Origin: an uncultured Bacteroidales bacterium
GTDB lineage: Bacteria > Bacteroidota > Bacteroidia > Bacteroidales > UBA12077
Length of the DNA stretch: 64,000 bases
Reading direction: 5' to 3'
Assembly (NCBI GenBank): GCA_964585385.1
Contig: CAZPDP010000011.1
Coordinates: 1,086 to 65,085, forward strand
In this document: piece by piece, positions 8,537 through 18,558 of the stretch
Layout of the letters: every line of letters begins with the position of its first letter
Numbering within the stretch: the first letter of the stretch is position 1
Made by a program: the position numbers and the translations under genes
Notes under the pieces: generated by a model
Databases searched by the model: none
Told to the model about the DNA's origin: nothing
What the model saw: only the letters and a program-made list of their open reading frames with translations

Positions 8537-9748
8537 CTAAACCAACTTTCTTCCTATATCTTTATCTCCTCTTCCTGATAAATTGATAATGCTTACCTTG
8601 TCTTTTTTTCCTTTAAGCTGTTTCATAGCAAGCGCAAGTGCATGAGAGGATTCTATTGCAGGGATTATACCTTCCAGTTTCGACAGCATTTGAAAAGCTT
8701 CGACTGCCTCTTTATCAGTTACACAAAAATATTCGGCCCTTCCTGTATCTTTCAGATAAGAGTGCTCCGGTCCGACCCCGGGATAATCAAGCCCGGCAGC
8801 CATAGAGTAAGTATCGACCGGATTCATCTCTTCATCAACAAGACAATAGGAATACGTACCCTGAAATACTACCGGACTACCCATTACCAATGTTGATGCG
8901 GTTTTATACAGTATTTCACCTTCACCTCCCCCTTCAGCAGCATAAATTTTAACATCGGAATCATTCAGAAAGCCTGAAAACAATCCGATAGCATTCGAAC
9001 CACCGCCCACACAGGCAAAGATTGAATCAGGCAGTTTCCCTTCCTCTTTTAGGATCTGACTTTTCGCTTCCTCTCCTATTATACTCTGAAAAAACCTGAC
9101 AATTTCAGGATAAGGATGGGGCCCGACAGCAGAACCCAGCAAATAAAACGCATCGGGATTTTCAACATAATATTCAAGAGCTGCATTGATTGCATCCTTT
9201 AAGGTAGCAGTACCCCGGTCTGTGGTCACCACCTCGGCACCAAGCACCTTCATACGGTAAACATTCATCTCTTGTCTTTTGGCATCTTTTTGCCCCATGA
9301 ACACTTTGCATTTCATGCCCATAAGAGCAGCCGCAGTTGCTGTAGCTACCCCATGCTGGCCGGCACCTGTTTCAGCTATTATTTCTTTTGCACCCATATG
9401 TCGGGCAAGAAGAATCTGACCTACTGTATTGTTAATTTTATGAGCTCCGGTGTGATTCAGGTCCTCTCTCTTTAAATATATTCTGGAGCCAACTTCCCTG
9501 GAAAACCTTTCTGAATAATACAGTGGAGAGGGTCTCCCAATATAATGCGTATTGTAATATTTAAGATCTCTCAGAAAATCTGTATTTCCCTTCAGTTCAT
9601 TAAAAGTTTCTGACAAGGAAATCAGTTTATCTTTTAAAATCTCAGGTACATGTGCTCCTCCATAAGGTCCAAAATACCCGTTTTTATAATTTTCCGGATT
9701 GTATTGTAACAATTTTTCTGATTTCGTATTTGCTATATCTGATTTCAT
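8537..9748 (-). CDS. trpB: Tryptophan synthase beta chain, stand-alone copy (TrpB1-type)
   Basis: PLP lysine motif [51 protein letters not shown]. Confidence 0.92.
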   Translation of the reverse strand: MKSDIANTKSEKLLQYNPENYKNGYFGPYGGAHVPEILKDKLISLSETFNELKGNTDFLRDLKYYNTHYIGRPSPLYYSERFSREVGSRIYLKREDLNHTGAHKINNTVGQILLARHMGAKEIIAETGAGQHGVATATAAALMGMKCKVFMGQKDAKRQEMNVYRMKVLGAEVVTTDRGTATLKDAINAALEYYVENPDAFYLLGSAVGPHPYPEIVRFFQSIIGEEAKSQILKEEGKLPDSIFACVGGGSNAIGLFSGFLNDSDVKIYAAEGGGEGEILYKTASTLVMGSPVVFQGTYSYCLVDEEMNPVDTYSMAAGLDYPGVGPEHSYLKDTGRAEYFCVTDKEAVEAFQMLSKLEGIIPAIESSHALALAMKQLKGKKDKVSIINLSGRGDKDIGRKLV

Positions 9749-9760
9749 CGTTTTCTTGTT

Positions 9761-9868
9761 TTAGTGAATTAAATAATCATGAATGTAAAATCGATTTGCC
9801 TGATAGTTAAAACACCTTTGCCAGGGAAATAAAATTTTTTCCCACCATTGTTGAAGTTGCAGATTCAT
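9761..9868 (-). CDS. Second Trp-rich leader ORF upstream of stand-alone trpB (MNLQLQQWWEKILFPWQRCFNYQANRFYIHDYLIH)
   Basis: Hand-translated. WW plus a third W; starts 22 nt after the attenuator U-tract and stops 12 nt before the trpB ATG. Confidence 0.6.
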   Translation of the reverse strand: MNLQLQQWWEKILFPWQRCFNYQANRFYIHDYLIH

Positions 9869-9890
9869 TTTTAATTATTTAGTTGTAAAT

Positions 9891-9926
9891 AAAAAAAAAG
9901 CCGCAGGCTTTCACCTGCGGCTTTTT
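9891..9926 (-). terminator. Attenuator terminator in the trpB leader
   Basis: Minus strand reads AAAAAGCCGCAGG-TGAAAG-CCTGCGGC-TTTTTTTTT. Confidence 0.85.
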
Positions 9927-9946
9927 AAAAACATAAATATTTCAGG

Positions 9947-10015
9947 TTAATTGCCTTTCATTAACTTATTATCTTTAAGCCACCACCAGTTTCTATGTAT
10001 AAATCGTATGATCAT
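9947..10015 (-). CDS. trpL: Trp leader peptide (MIIRFIHRNWWWLKDNKLMKGN)
   Basis: Hand-translated. Three consecutive TGG codons. AGGC..ACCTG at the end of the ORF can pair with CAGGT..GCCT of the terminator, forming an antiterminator. Confidence 0.85.
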   Translation of the reverse strand: MIIRFIHRNWWWLKDNKLMKGN

Positions 10016-10034
10016 ATGTATGTATTGAATGGAG

Positions 10035-10042
10035 CAAATATA
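10035..10042 (-). promoter_or_regulatory. Bacteroidota -7 promoter box for the trpB leader
   Basis: TATATTTG on the minus strand matches TAnnTTTG and lies 19 nt before the leader ATG. Confidence 0.6.
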
Positions 10043-10202
10043 AAAATTAAATTGTAAAATAAATCAGGCTGGTAATCAAAATCCATATCTTTTTGTTATA
10101 TAATATTGTCGTATAATAAAAAGGAGAATTTAAACAATTACAAAGATTTATTATATTCGAGCAATCAAAAAATCAATTTTAAATTAATAAAAGCTAAGTT
10201 TT

Positions 10203-11573
10203 ATGGAAGACATTAAAAAGTATATTGAAGACAATAAGCAGCGCTTTTTGGATGAGCTTTTTGATCTCATCAGAATTCCCTCAATCAGTTCAGAAAAAGA
10301 ACACAAGGAAGACATGACAAAAGCTGCTGAAAATCTCAAACAAAAATTACTGGATGCCGGCGCTGAGAAGGCAGAAGTTATGCCAACCGATGGCAATCCT
10401 GTCATTTATGCAGAGAAAATAATGGATCAGAACAAACCTACTGTATTAGTATACGGACACTATGACGTAATGCCTGTGGATCCTATCGAAAAATGGGAAT
10501 CTCAGCCTTTTGAACCTGAAATAAGAGACGGTAAAATTTATGCAAGAGGAGCAGACGATGACAAAGGCCAGTCATTCATGCACGTCAAAGCATTTGAATA
10601 CCTAGTAAAATCAGGCAAGCTGGATATCAATATCAAATTCATGATAGAAGGGGAAGAAGAAATTGGCTCCCCAAGCCTTGGCAAATTCTGCGAACAAAAC
10701 AAAGAAATGCTGAAAGCCGATACAATATTGGTTTCTGATACCAGCATGCTGGCAAAGGATGTACCATCCATCACCACAGGATTAAGAGGACTTGCATACA
10801 TGGAAGTAGAAGTTACAGGCCCCAATAAAGACCTTCACTCTGGTTTGTTTGGCGGTGCAGTAGCCAATCCGGCCAATGTACTTTCAGAAATGATTGCCAA
10901 ACTAACAGATGAAAACAACCACATCACTATACCCGGTTTCTATGATGACGTGCTGGAAGCTTCTGAAGAAGAAAGAAAAGAGATGAATAAGGCGCCATTT
11001 GACCTTGAAAAATATAAAAAAGCAATCGACGTCGAAGAAGTACACGGTGAAAAGGGTTATACCACTCTTGAAAGAACCGGTATCCGCCCATCATTAGATG
11101 TTAACGGAATGTGGAGCGGTTACCAGGGAGAAGGAGCTAAAACAGTTCTACCTTCCACCGCAGGTGCTAAAATTTCTATGAGACTTGTTCCCAACCAGGA
11201 ATGGAAAAAAATAAGCCAGCTTTTCGAAGATTATTTTAAATCCCTTGCACCCAAATCCGTCAAGGTAAGTGTGAAAGCTCTGCACGGCGGTCAGGGCTAC
11301 GTTTGCCCAATTGATCTCCCAGCCTATAAAGCTGCAAGCATGGCCATGGAGGAAACACTGGGGAAAAAGCCTGTTCCCTACCGAAGTGGAGGAAGTATAC
11401 CTATTATAGCAACATTTGATAAGATTCTTGATACAAAAGCAGTGCTTATAGGTTTTGGTCTTGAATCTGATGTAATCCATTCACCAAATGAAAATTATCC
11501 ACTGGAACAGTTCTATAATGGTATTGAAACCATTGCCCGTTTTTATGAAAAGTTTGCAGAAATAAACAAATAA
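10203..11573 (+). CDS. M20/M25/M40 family dipeptidase
   Basis: YGHYDVMP, ARGADDDKG, EGEEEIGS, DLHSG, HSPNE. Confidence 0.9.
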   Translation: MEDIKKYIEDNKQRFLDELFDLIRIPSISSEKEHKEDMTKAAENLKQKLLDAGAEKAEVMPTDGNPVIYAEKIMDQNKPTVLVYGHYDVMPVDPIEKWESQPFEPEIRDGKIYARGADDDKGQSFMHVKAFEYLVKSGKLDINIKFMIEGEEEIGSPSLGKFCEQNKEMLKADTILVSDTSMLAKDVPSITTGLRGLAYMEVEVTGPNKDLHSGLFGGAVANPANVLSEMIAKLTDENNHITIPGFYDDVLEASEEERKEMNKAPFDLEKYKKAIDVEEVHGEKGYTTLERTGIRPSLDVNGMWSGYQGEGAKTVLPSTAGAKISMRLVPNQEWKKISQLFEDYFKSLAPKSVKVSVKALHGGQGYVCPIDLPAYKAASMAMEETLGKKPVPYRSGGSIPIIATFDKILDTKAVLIGFGLESDVIHSPNENYPLEQFYNGIETIARFYEKFAEINK

Positions 11574-11594
11574 CAAAACCCTTATATTTTTATT

Positions 11595-11625
11595 AAAACC
11601 TGCCAGAAAATTGGCAGGTTTTTTT
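11595..11625 (+). terminator. Intrinsic terminator
   Basis: AAAACCTGCCA-GAAAAT-TGGCAGG followed by a T-run. Confidence 0.75.
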
Positions 11626-11753
11626 ATTTACCCCTTTTATTAACATGGCCTGTTGATAAAAAAATGTAATTATTTTAAATTTACCCCTGAATAATTTGGG
11701 GTATTTCAAAAAATAATCCATATTTTTGCAGAACATCATTTAAAAAAAGAGGT

Positions 11754-13946
11754 ATGTCAACAATTAGATTCAAAACCATCGAAGAGGTGCTAAAAAGAAA
11801 GCCACTAGAAGTGGAGTTGCCCTCAGTAAAAACTTCCCGTTATTTCGGGGAAAATGTTTTTGACACCAGAAAGATGCAGGAATATCTGTCAAGAGAATCG
11901 TATGAAAATGTTCTTGAAGCCATAGATAAAGGCATCAAGATTGACAGAAAATACTCCAACCAGGTTGCCTCAGGAATGAAAGCCTGGGCCATAGACAGGG
12001 GTGCAACTCATTATACGCACTGGTTCCATCCTCTCACGGGAACTACAGCAGAAAAACATGACGCTTTCTTTGAACCCGCAGATGATGGAGGAATCATAGA
12101 AAACTTTCAGGGTGACATGCTGGTGCAACAAGAATCCGACGCATCCAGTTTTCCTAGCGGGGGGTTAAGAAATACTTTTGAAGCCCGTGGGTATACTGCG
12201 TGGGATCCTTCATCACCGGCATTTGTTTACGGAAGAACTTTATGCATACCAACTATTTTTGTTTCCTACAATGGAGAAGCTCTTGACTATAAAACTCCCC
12301 TTATAAAATCACTGAATTTAATAGACCAGGCGGCATCCGAGGTATGCAGTTATTTCGATAAAAGCGTGGAAAAAGTGAATGTTACTCTTGGCTGGGAACA
12401 GGAGTATTTCCTCATAGATGATGCCTTCTTTAATGCAAGACCTGACCTCTACCTTACCGGAAGGACACTTTTGGGACATGCCTCTGCGAAAGACCAGCAG
12501 TTAAACGATCATTATTTTGGTTCTCTTACTGATCGGGTGAAAAACTTTATGCACGAATTTGAAATTGAAGCATACAGGCTGGGAATTCCTATCAAAACAA
12601 GGCACAATGAAGTAGCTCCCAATCAGTTTGAATGTGCCCCCCGGTTTGAAGAGGCAAACCTGGCAGCTGACCACAATCAAATGCTGATGACAATCATGGA
12701 TAAAGTAGCTAAAAAACACAAATTCAGAGTGCTATTCCATGAAAAACCTTTCAAAGGAATTAACGGCTCCGGCAAACACTGCAACTGGTCTTTAGCTACC
12801 AATACAGGAAAAAACCTTTTGGCACCCGGAAAAACGCCAAAAAATAATTTTCAGTTCATCACCTATCTAATCAATATCATAAAAGCGGTTTGGCAGAATG
12901 CAGATTTGCTCAGGGCAAGCATCGCATTCGCAGGGAATGAATACAGACTTGGTGCCAATGAGGCTCCACCGGCCATCATGTCTGTTTTCATCGGAAGCAG
13001 GCTAACCCATATGCTTGATGAACTGGAACAAAGGGTTGACAATACAAAAATGAGCCCCGAGGAAAAAGGTGAGTTAAAGCTTGATATTGGTAAAATCCCC
13101 GAAATATTGTTAGACAACACCGATCGCAACAGGACTTCCCCATTCGCATTTACTGGGAACAGATTTGAATTCAGGGCGGTGGGAAGTTCAGCCAATGTTG
13201 CCTCTCCCATCACTGCTTTAAACACAGTAGTAGCAGACCAACTCAAACAATTCAAAGAAGATGTGGATAACCTAATCGAAAATGATAAAATCAAAAAAGA
13301 TGAAGCCATATTCAGAGTGCTGAAACTTTATATCCAGGAGTCCAAAGACATCAGATTTGAAGGGGATGGTTACAGCGAAGACTGGATAAAAGAGGCAGAA
13401 AGAAGAGGTTTAACAAATATCTCCGCTATCCCGGAAGCACTCGAAGCTTTCCTTTCACCCAAAACAGTTGACATTTACAACAAAAATAACATACTGTCAT
13501 CGAGAGAATTAAAAGCAAGAAAAGAAATCAGACTCGAACAGTATACAAAAAAACAGCAGATTGAAGCACGTGTTTTAGGTGACCTTGCCATGAATCATAT
13601 AATCCCAACAGCTGTTAAATACCAGAATACACTGCTGGAAAATATCAAATATATAAAGGACATATACCCTGATAATGAGTTCAAAAAAATGACGTTGCAC
13701 CAGACAAATACGGTGGAAAGGATTGCCACTCATATATCTAACATAAGAGAAAAGGTGGTTAATATGGTTAATGAAAGAAAGAAAGCTAATGAGATTGAAG
13801 AGATCAGAACTAAGGCTGTAGCCTATCATCAGAATGTGGTCCCCTATCTTGAGGAAATAAGGTACCACGTGGATAAGCTTGAACTGATAGTGGACGACGA
13901 AATCTGGCCTTTCCCAAAATACAGGGAAATGTTATTTACACGTTAA
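11754..13946 (+). CDS. glnA: Glutamine synthetase type III
   Basis: 730 aa; 'THYTHWFHPLTG', 'HNEVAPNQFE', 'NGSGKHCNWS', 'RNRTSPFAFTGNRFEFRA'. Confidence 0.93.
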   Translation: MSTIRFKTIEEVLKRKPLEVELPSVKTSRYFGENVFDTRKMQEYLSRESYENVLEAIDKGIKIDRKYSNQVASGMKAWAIDRGATHYTHWFHPLTGTTAEKHDAFFEPADDGGIIENFQGDMLVQQESDASSFPSGGLRNTFEARGYTAWDPSSPAFVYGRTLCIPTIFVSYNGEALDYKTPLIKSLNLIDQAASEVCSYFDKSVEKVNVTLGWEQEYFLIDDAFFNARPDLYLTGRTLLGHASAKDQQLNDHYFGSLTDRVKNFMHEFEIEAYRLGIPIKTRHNEVAPNQFECAPRFEEANLAADHNQMLMTIMDKVAKKHKFRVLFHEKPFKGINGSGKHCNWSLATNTGKNLLAPGKTPKNNFQFITYLINIIKAVWQNADLLRASIAFAGNEYRLGANEAPPAIMSVFIGSRLTHMLDELEQRVDNTKMSPEEKGELKLDIGKIPEILLDNTDRNRTSPFAFTGNRFEFRAVGSSANVASPITALNTVVADQLKQFKEDVDNLIENDKIKKDEAIFRVLKLYIQESKDIRFEGDGYSEDWIKEAERRGLTNISAIPEALEAFLSPKTVDIYNKNNILSSRELKARKEIRLEQYTKKQQIEARVLGDLAMNHIIPTAVKYQNTLLENIKYIKDIYPDNEFKKMTLHQTNTVERIATHISNIREKVVNMVNERKKANEIEEIRTKAVAYHQNVVPYLEEIRYHVDKLELIVDDEIWPFPKYREMLFTR

Positions 13947-14090
13947 TTAGTTTTATATACGCAGCTTTTAAATTCAAGTAAATTTATTTACATTTACAGA
14001 GGTATAATGGGTATGATTTTCTTGTATTTCAAATACAACATCATGTCAATTATACGTTATTGATTATATTCTATTCAAAACTCAGAAGTA

Positions 14091-16064
14091 ATGAATATTC
14101 GGAAGATATTATTAATTCATGTTTTATTTTTTATTCTCCTGCCCGTTTCTAAAGCTCAGATGAAATATTTCAATGAAGCTGAAAAGGTCTATAATGCAGG
14201 ACAGTACTACAAAGCTGTAGACATGTATCGGGAAGCCTACAACAACATTCAGGGTAAAGAAATCAAGGCTGAAATAGTATTCAAAATTGCTGAATGTTAC
14301 AGAATAACAGGCCAGCACAGAAAAGCAGAGCTTTGGTATAACAATGCCATTAAAAAGGAATATGATAATCCAAAGATATATCTCTATTATGCCGATGCAC
14401 TTAAAGCCGGGGAGAAATTTGACAAAGCTATAGATAATTACAAGGAATATGCAAAACTGGCGCCCGATGATCCGAGAGGAGAGATGGGTGTGGAGTCCAG
14501 CAAACTGGCTCAGAAATGGAAAGAAAACCCCAATGGATACAAAGTATCCGAAATGAAGTATGTAAACTCTGTAGATCGCGATTACTGTCCTTCATTTTCA
14601 AAAGCTGAATACAACGAAATCTATTTCACTTCAACTAGAGATGATGCCATGGGTGAGGAAACACACGGAGGTACAGGTGGTTATTTCTCTGATATTTTCT
14701 TTTCTCAAAAAGATATGTCTGGCAGATGGAGCCGGCCGGAACCGATACCAGGCGAAGTTAATACAGAAGTGGAAGAAGGCGCAACTTCATTCACAGGGGA
14801 TTATATGACTATGTATTTCACAAGGTGTGAAGTAGATAAAAAAGAAAAACTAGGCTGCCGGATTTTTTCTTCTCAAAAAAGCGATGAGGGGGAATGGGCA
14901 AAACCAAAAGCTATTAACCTGGGCCGTGACAGCCTGGTAGTAGCTCATCCTTCAATCACCGATGACGGCAACACTCTCTACTTTGTTTCTAATTTGCCCG
15001 GCAGCATTGGAAAAATGGATATATGGAAATCAACCAAAGGAAGCAACAATGAATGGAGCGAACCCCAAAACCTGGGAAGCGCCATTAATACCCCGGGAAA
15101 TGAGATGTTCCCTTTTATTCACCCCGACGGAACCCTTTATTTTTCATCCGACTATCACCTCGGAATGGGAGGCCTGGACATATTTAAAGCATCTATCCAA
15201 AACGATGGCACCTGGAAGGTTGAAAACATGAGATACCCAATAAATTCAACGAAAGACGACTTTGGATTTGCTATTCAGGATGAAAAAGAAAAAGGATTTT
15301 TTAGTTCTGCAAGGGATGGTAACGATAAAATTTACTCCTTCGTTCTTCCACCTTTAAAATTCAGCGTTGAAGGTTTAGTGAAAAACAAAAAAACTGAAGA
15401 ACCGATTCAGGATGCTACTGTCAAACTGGTAGGAAGCGATGGAATGACCATGAGCTCAGAAACAAACTCAGACGGAAACTTTAAATTTATGCTCAGACCG
15501 GAAACAGATTATGTCTTTGTTGCATCGAAAAAGAACTTTTTAACGAACAAAGACAAAGCTTCAACAAAAGGACTGGAAGAAAGCAAAGTGTTTGAACCCG
15601 AGATATTGCTATCCTCTATAAAAGAGCCTATTGAACTACCCAACATTTTCTACGATTTTGCAAAATGGAGTCTGAGACCGGAATCTAAAAAGGCACTTGA
15701 CAAGTTGGTTGGAACCCTTAACGACAACCCAAGGGTAATAATAGAGCTTAGAGCTCACACCGACTTCAGAGGTGAACACTGGACCAACATAGAGCTTTCA
15801 ACGAAACGTGCCGAATCGGTTGTTAACTACCTCATTGAGAACGGAATTGATCCGGAAAGACTTAGGGCTAAAGGTTATGCCGCTACCAAACCAAAAGAAA
15901 TCGGGCCCAAACTGGCTAACGAACATGACTTCCTGAATGAAGGCGATGTGCTCTCAGAAGAATTTATTAAAAACCTTGATACAGAAGAAAAGAAAGAAAC
16001 AGCGCATCAGATAAACCGCAGAACCGAATTTAAAGTTATTTCAACAGATTATACTCCTCAATAA
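14091..16064 (+). CDS. PorE-like protein (TPR, PD40, CRD, OmpA_C), second paralogue
   Basis: TPRs; PD40 repeats 'HPSITDDGNTLYF' and 'PFIHPDGTLYFSS'; 'AHTDFRG...NIELSTKRA' and 'NRRTEF'. Confidence 0.85.
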   Translation: MNIRKILLIHVLFFILLPVSKAQMKYFNEAEKVYNAGQYYKAVDMYREAYNNIQGKEIKAEIVFKIAECYRITGQHRKAELWYNNAIKKEYDNPKIYLYYADALKAGEKFDKAIDNYKEYAKLAPDDPRGEMGVESSKLAQKWKENPNGYKVSEMKYVNSVDRDYCPSFSKAEYNEIYFTSTRDDAMGEETHGGTGGYFSDIFFSQKDMSGRWSRPEPIPGEVNTEVEEGATSFTGDYMTMYFTRCEVDKKEKLGCRIFSSQKSDEGEWAKPKAINLGRDSLVVAHPSITDDGNTLYFVSNLPGSIGKMDIWKSTKGSNNEWSEPQNLGSAINTPGNEMFPFIHPDGTLYFSSDYHLGMGGLDIFKASIQNDGTWKVENMRYPINSTKDDFGFAIQDEKEKGFFSSARDGNDKIYSFVLPPLKFSVEGLVKNKKTEEPIQDATVKLVGSDGMTMSSETNSDGNFKFMLRPETDYVFVASKKNFLTNKDKASTKGLEESKVFEPEILLSSIKEPIELPNIFYDFAKWSLRPESKKALDKLVGTLNDNPRVIIELRAHTDFRGEHWTNIELSTKRAESVVNYLIENGIDPERLRAKGYAATKPKEIGPKLANEHDFLNEGDVLSEEFIKNLDTEEKKETAHQINRRTEFKVISTDYTPQ

Positions 16065-16074
16065 AAACAATTCA

Positions 16075-16091
16075 AAGAGGCTGTCTCAAAA
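16075..16091. repeat. Solo copy of the terminal repeat of the 34096-34226 element
   Basis: AAGAGGCTGTCTCAAAA matches the two arms of that element at 15/17 and 16/17 positions and runs into the terminator hairpin. Confidence 0.5.
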
Positions 16092-16120
16092 AAGACCGGT
16101 TTAAAAGCCGGTCTTTTTTT
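16088..16120 (+). terminator. Intrinsic terminator
   Basis: AAAAAAGACCGGT...GCCGGTC-TTTTTTT. Confidence 0.75.
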
Positions 16121-16221
16121 CTCATCAAAAGCTATTTCAATCAATAAATCAAAAAGATATATTTTTTCACCTTTTATCAATTTCTAATTCTTAATTTTGT
16201 ACAGAATTATAAGAAATTGTT

Positions 16222-17394
16222 ATGTCAAAAGACTCAAGATATAATCAGCGGGGAGTTTCAGCTTCAAAAGAAGATGTTCACAATTCTATCCAGCATCTTT
16301 ATAAAGGATTGTATCCCAATGCTTTCTGCAAAATTGTACCCGATTACATTTCAGGAAGTAATGACCATTGCATTGTCATGCATGCAGATGGAGCCGGAAC
16401 AAAATCATCTCTGGCCTATATGTATTGGAAAGAAACAGGAGATTTAAGTGTCTGGAAAGGAATCGCCCAGGATGCCATTGTCATGAACCTGGACGACCTT
16501 CTGTGCGTTGGAGCTTATGACAATATTATGTTATCCTCCACAATTGGCAGAAATAAAAACAAAATACCTGGTGAAGTTATTTCAGCGATAATTAATGGTA
16601 CGGAAGAAATCCTTGAAGATCTGAGAAATCTGGGCATTAATATTTATACCACAGGTGGTGAAACTGCGGATGTAGGGGATTTGGTCAGAACTATTATAGT
16701 TGACTCCACAGTAACTGCTCGTTTGAAAAGAAAACAGGTTGTTGACAACAGCAAAATAGAGGATGGAGATGTAATTATTGGCCTTTCTTCTTCGGGCCAG
16801 GCTACCTATGAAAAAGAATACAACAGCGGAATAGGAAGCAATGGACTAACTTCCGCCCGTCATGATGTTTTCACAAAAAGCCTGGCAAAAAAATACCCGG
16901 AAAGTTATGATAATGAAATCCCTGAAAATCTTGTTTATTCAGGAAAATACAACCTGACAGACAGTATTGAGAAACTGGGAATGGATGTGGGAAAATTAGT
17001 ACTCTCTCCAACCCGTACTTATGCTCCAGTGATTAAAGAAGTACTCAAAAGTCAACGTTCCAATATACACGGTATAGTGCATTGCTCTGGAGGAGCCCAG
17101 ACTAAAATACTCAATTTCATTGATGATTTACACGTGTTTAAAAATAACCTGTTCGAAGTACCCGAAATTTTCAGAATTATTAAGCAGGAATCGGGTACTA
17201 AGTGGAAAGAAATGTATCAGGTTTTCAATATGGGGCATCGCTTTGAAATCTATACCAAACCTAAATACGCAGATGATATTATAAAGATTTCCAAAAATTT
17301 TAATATTGATGCAAAAGTTATTGGACACTGCTATAAATCAGCAAAGAAAGGATTAACCATTAAAAGTCCTTTTGGAGTGTTTGATTATTCTTAA
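16222..17394 (+). CDS. purM: Phosphoribosylformylglycinamidine cyclo-ligase (AIR synthase, Bacteroidota type)
   Basis: 'RGVSASKEDVH', 'HADGAGTKS', 'GGETAD', 'HCSGGAQTK'. Confidence 0.92.
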   Translation: MSKDSRYNQRGVSASKEDVHNSIQHLYKGLYPNAFCKIVPDYISGSNDHCIVMHADGAGTKSSLAYMYWKETGDLSVWKGIAQDAIVMNLDDLLCVGAYDNIMLSSTIGRNKNKIPGEVISAIINGTEEILEDLRNLGINIYTTGGETADVGDLVRTIIVDSTVTARLKRKQVVDNSKIEDGDVIIGLSSSGQATYEKEYNSGIGSNGLTSARHDVFTKSLAKKYPESYDNEIPENLVYSGKYNLTDSIEKLGMDVGKLVLSPTRTYAPVIKEVLKSQRSNIHGIVHCSGGAQTKILNFIDDLHVFKNNLFEVPEIFRIIKQESGTKWKEMYQVFNMGHRFEIYTKPKYADDIIKISKNFNIDAKVIGHCYKSAKKGLTIKSPFGVFDYS

Positions 17395-17460
17395 TAAATT
17401 TTACAATAGCTTTTTCATTAAAAAGTTATAATAAAAACAGAAACAGATAAAAGATAGATC

Positions 17461-18555
17461 ATGAGCGAAAACAATACAATACTTGAAAAACTGGAAGGGA
17501 TAAAATTACGATATGATGAGGTTAGCGAATTAATTGCCGACCCTGAAATTATGGAAGACATGGATCGGTATATCAAACTGAATAAAGAATACAAAGATCT
17601 TCAGCCCATAATTGAGGCATACAAGGAATATAAAAATCTTCTGGAAAACATTGAGACCTCGAAACACATGCTGGAAAATGAGGATGATGAGGAAATGAAG
17701 GAGATGGCAAAAAACGAGCTCGAGGTACTCAATAAAAGAAAGGAGCCCCTGGAACAAAAGATCAAAATGCTTCTCATTCCAAAAGATCCGGAAGATGAAA
17801 AAAATGCAATACTGGAAATCAGGGCAGGTACAGGAGGAGACGAAGCCAGCATTTTTGCAGGCGATTTGTATCGAATGTACCTTAAATACTGCGAAAACAA
17901 AAAATGGAAGGTCGAAGTAACTCATGCATCGGAGGGAACTGTGGGTGGTTTTAAAGAAGTAGTTATGAAAGTAAGCGGTGATAATGTTTATGGAATTTTA
18001 AAATATGAATCCGGGGTTCACCGCGTTCAAAGGGTTCCCCAGACAGAAACCCAGGGAAGGGTTCACACTTCAGCCGCAACCGTAGCAGTTCTCCCCGAAG
18101 CTGAAGAAGTGGATGTGGAGCTGAAAGATGACGAAATACGAAAAGACACATTCATGTCTTCCGGTCCCGGCGGTCAGTCTGTGAATACAACCTACTCCGC
18201 TATTCGTCTCACGCACATACCCACGGGCATTGTGGTAACCTGCCAGGATGAAAAATCACAGCTTAAAAACCTGACAAAAGCAAAAAACGAATTGCGCTCC
18301 AGGCTTTATCACATGGAATTGCAGAAGCATATGGATGATATTGCTTCCAAAAGAAAAACCATGGTGTCAAGTGGTGACCGGTCTGCAAAAATAAGAACCT
18401 ACAATTTTCCGCAGGGAAGAGTAACCGACCACAGAATCAACCTGACACTCTATAACCTGGACTCAATAATGGATGGTAACATCCAGGAAATTATCGATAA
18501 GCTGCAGATGGAAGAAAATGCAGAAAAACTCAAAGAAACCGGCTTAGACCAATAA
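17461..18555 (+). CDS. prfA: Peptide chain release factor 1
   Basis: [21 protein letters not shown] (PxT), [23 protein letters not shown]. Confidence 0.97.
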   Translation: MSENNTILEKLEGIKLRYDEVSELIADPEIMEDMDRYIKLNKEYKDLQPIIEAYKEYKNLLENIETSKHMLENEDDEEMKEMAKNELEVLNKRKEPLEQKIKMLLIPKDPEDEKNAILEIRAGTGGDEASIFAGDLYRMYLKYCENKKWKVEVTHASEGTVGGFKEVVMKVSGDNVYGILKYESGVHRVQRVPQTETQGRVHTSAATVAVLPEAEEVDVELKDDEIRKDTFMSSGPGGQSVNTTYSAIRLTHIPTGIVVTCQDEKSQLKNLTKAKNELRSRLYHMELQKHMDDIASKRKTMVSSGDRSAKIRTYNFPQGRVTDHRINLTLYNLDSIMDGNIQEIIDKLQMEENAEKLKETGLDQ

Positions 18556-18558
18556 CCC

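Noticed and set aside
8537-9748. TrpB2 (indole-salvage class)
   Set aside because: Its length and motifs are TrpB1-like and closely parallel the operon copy.
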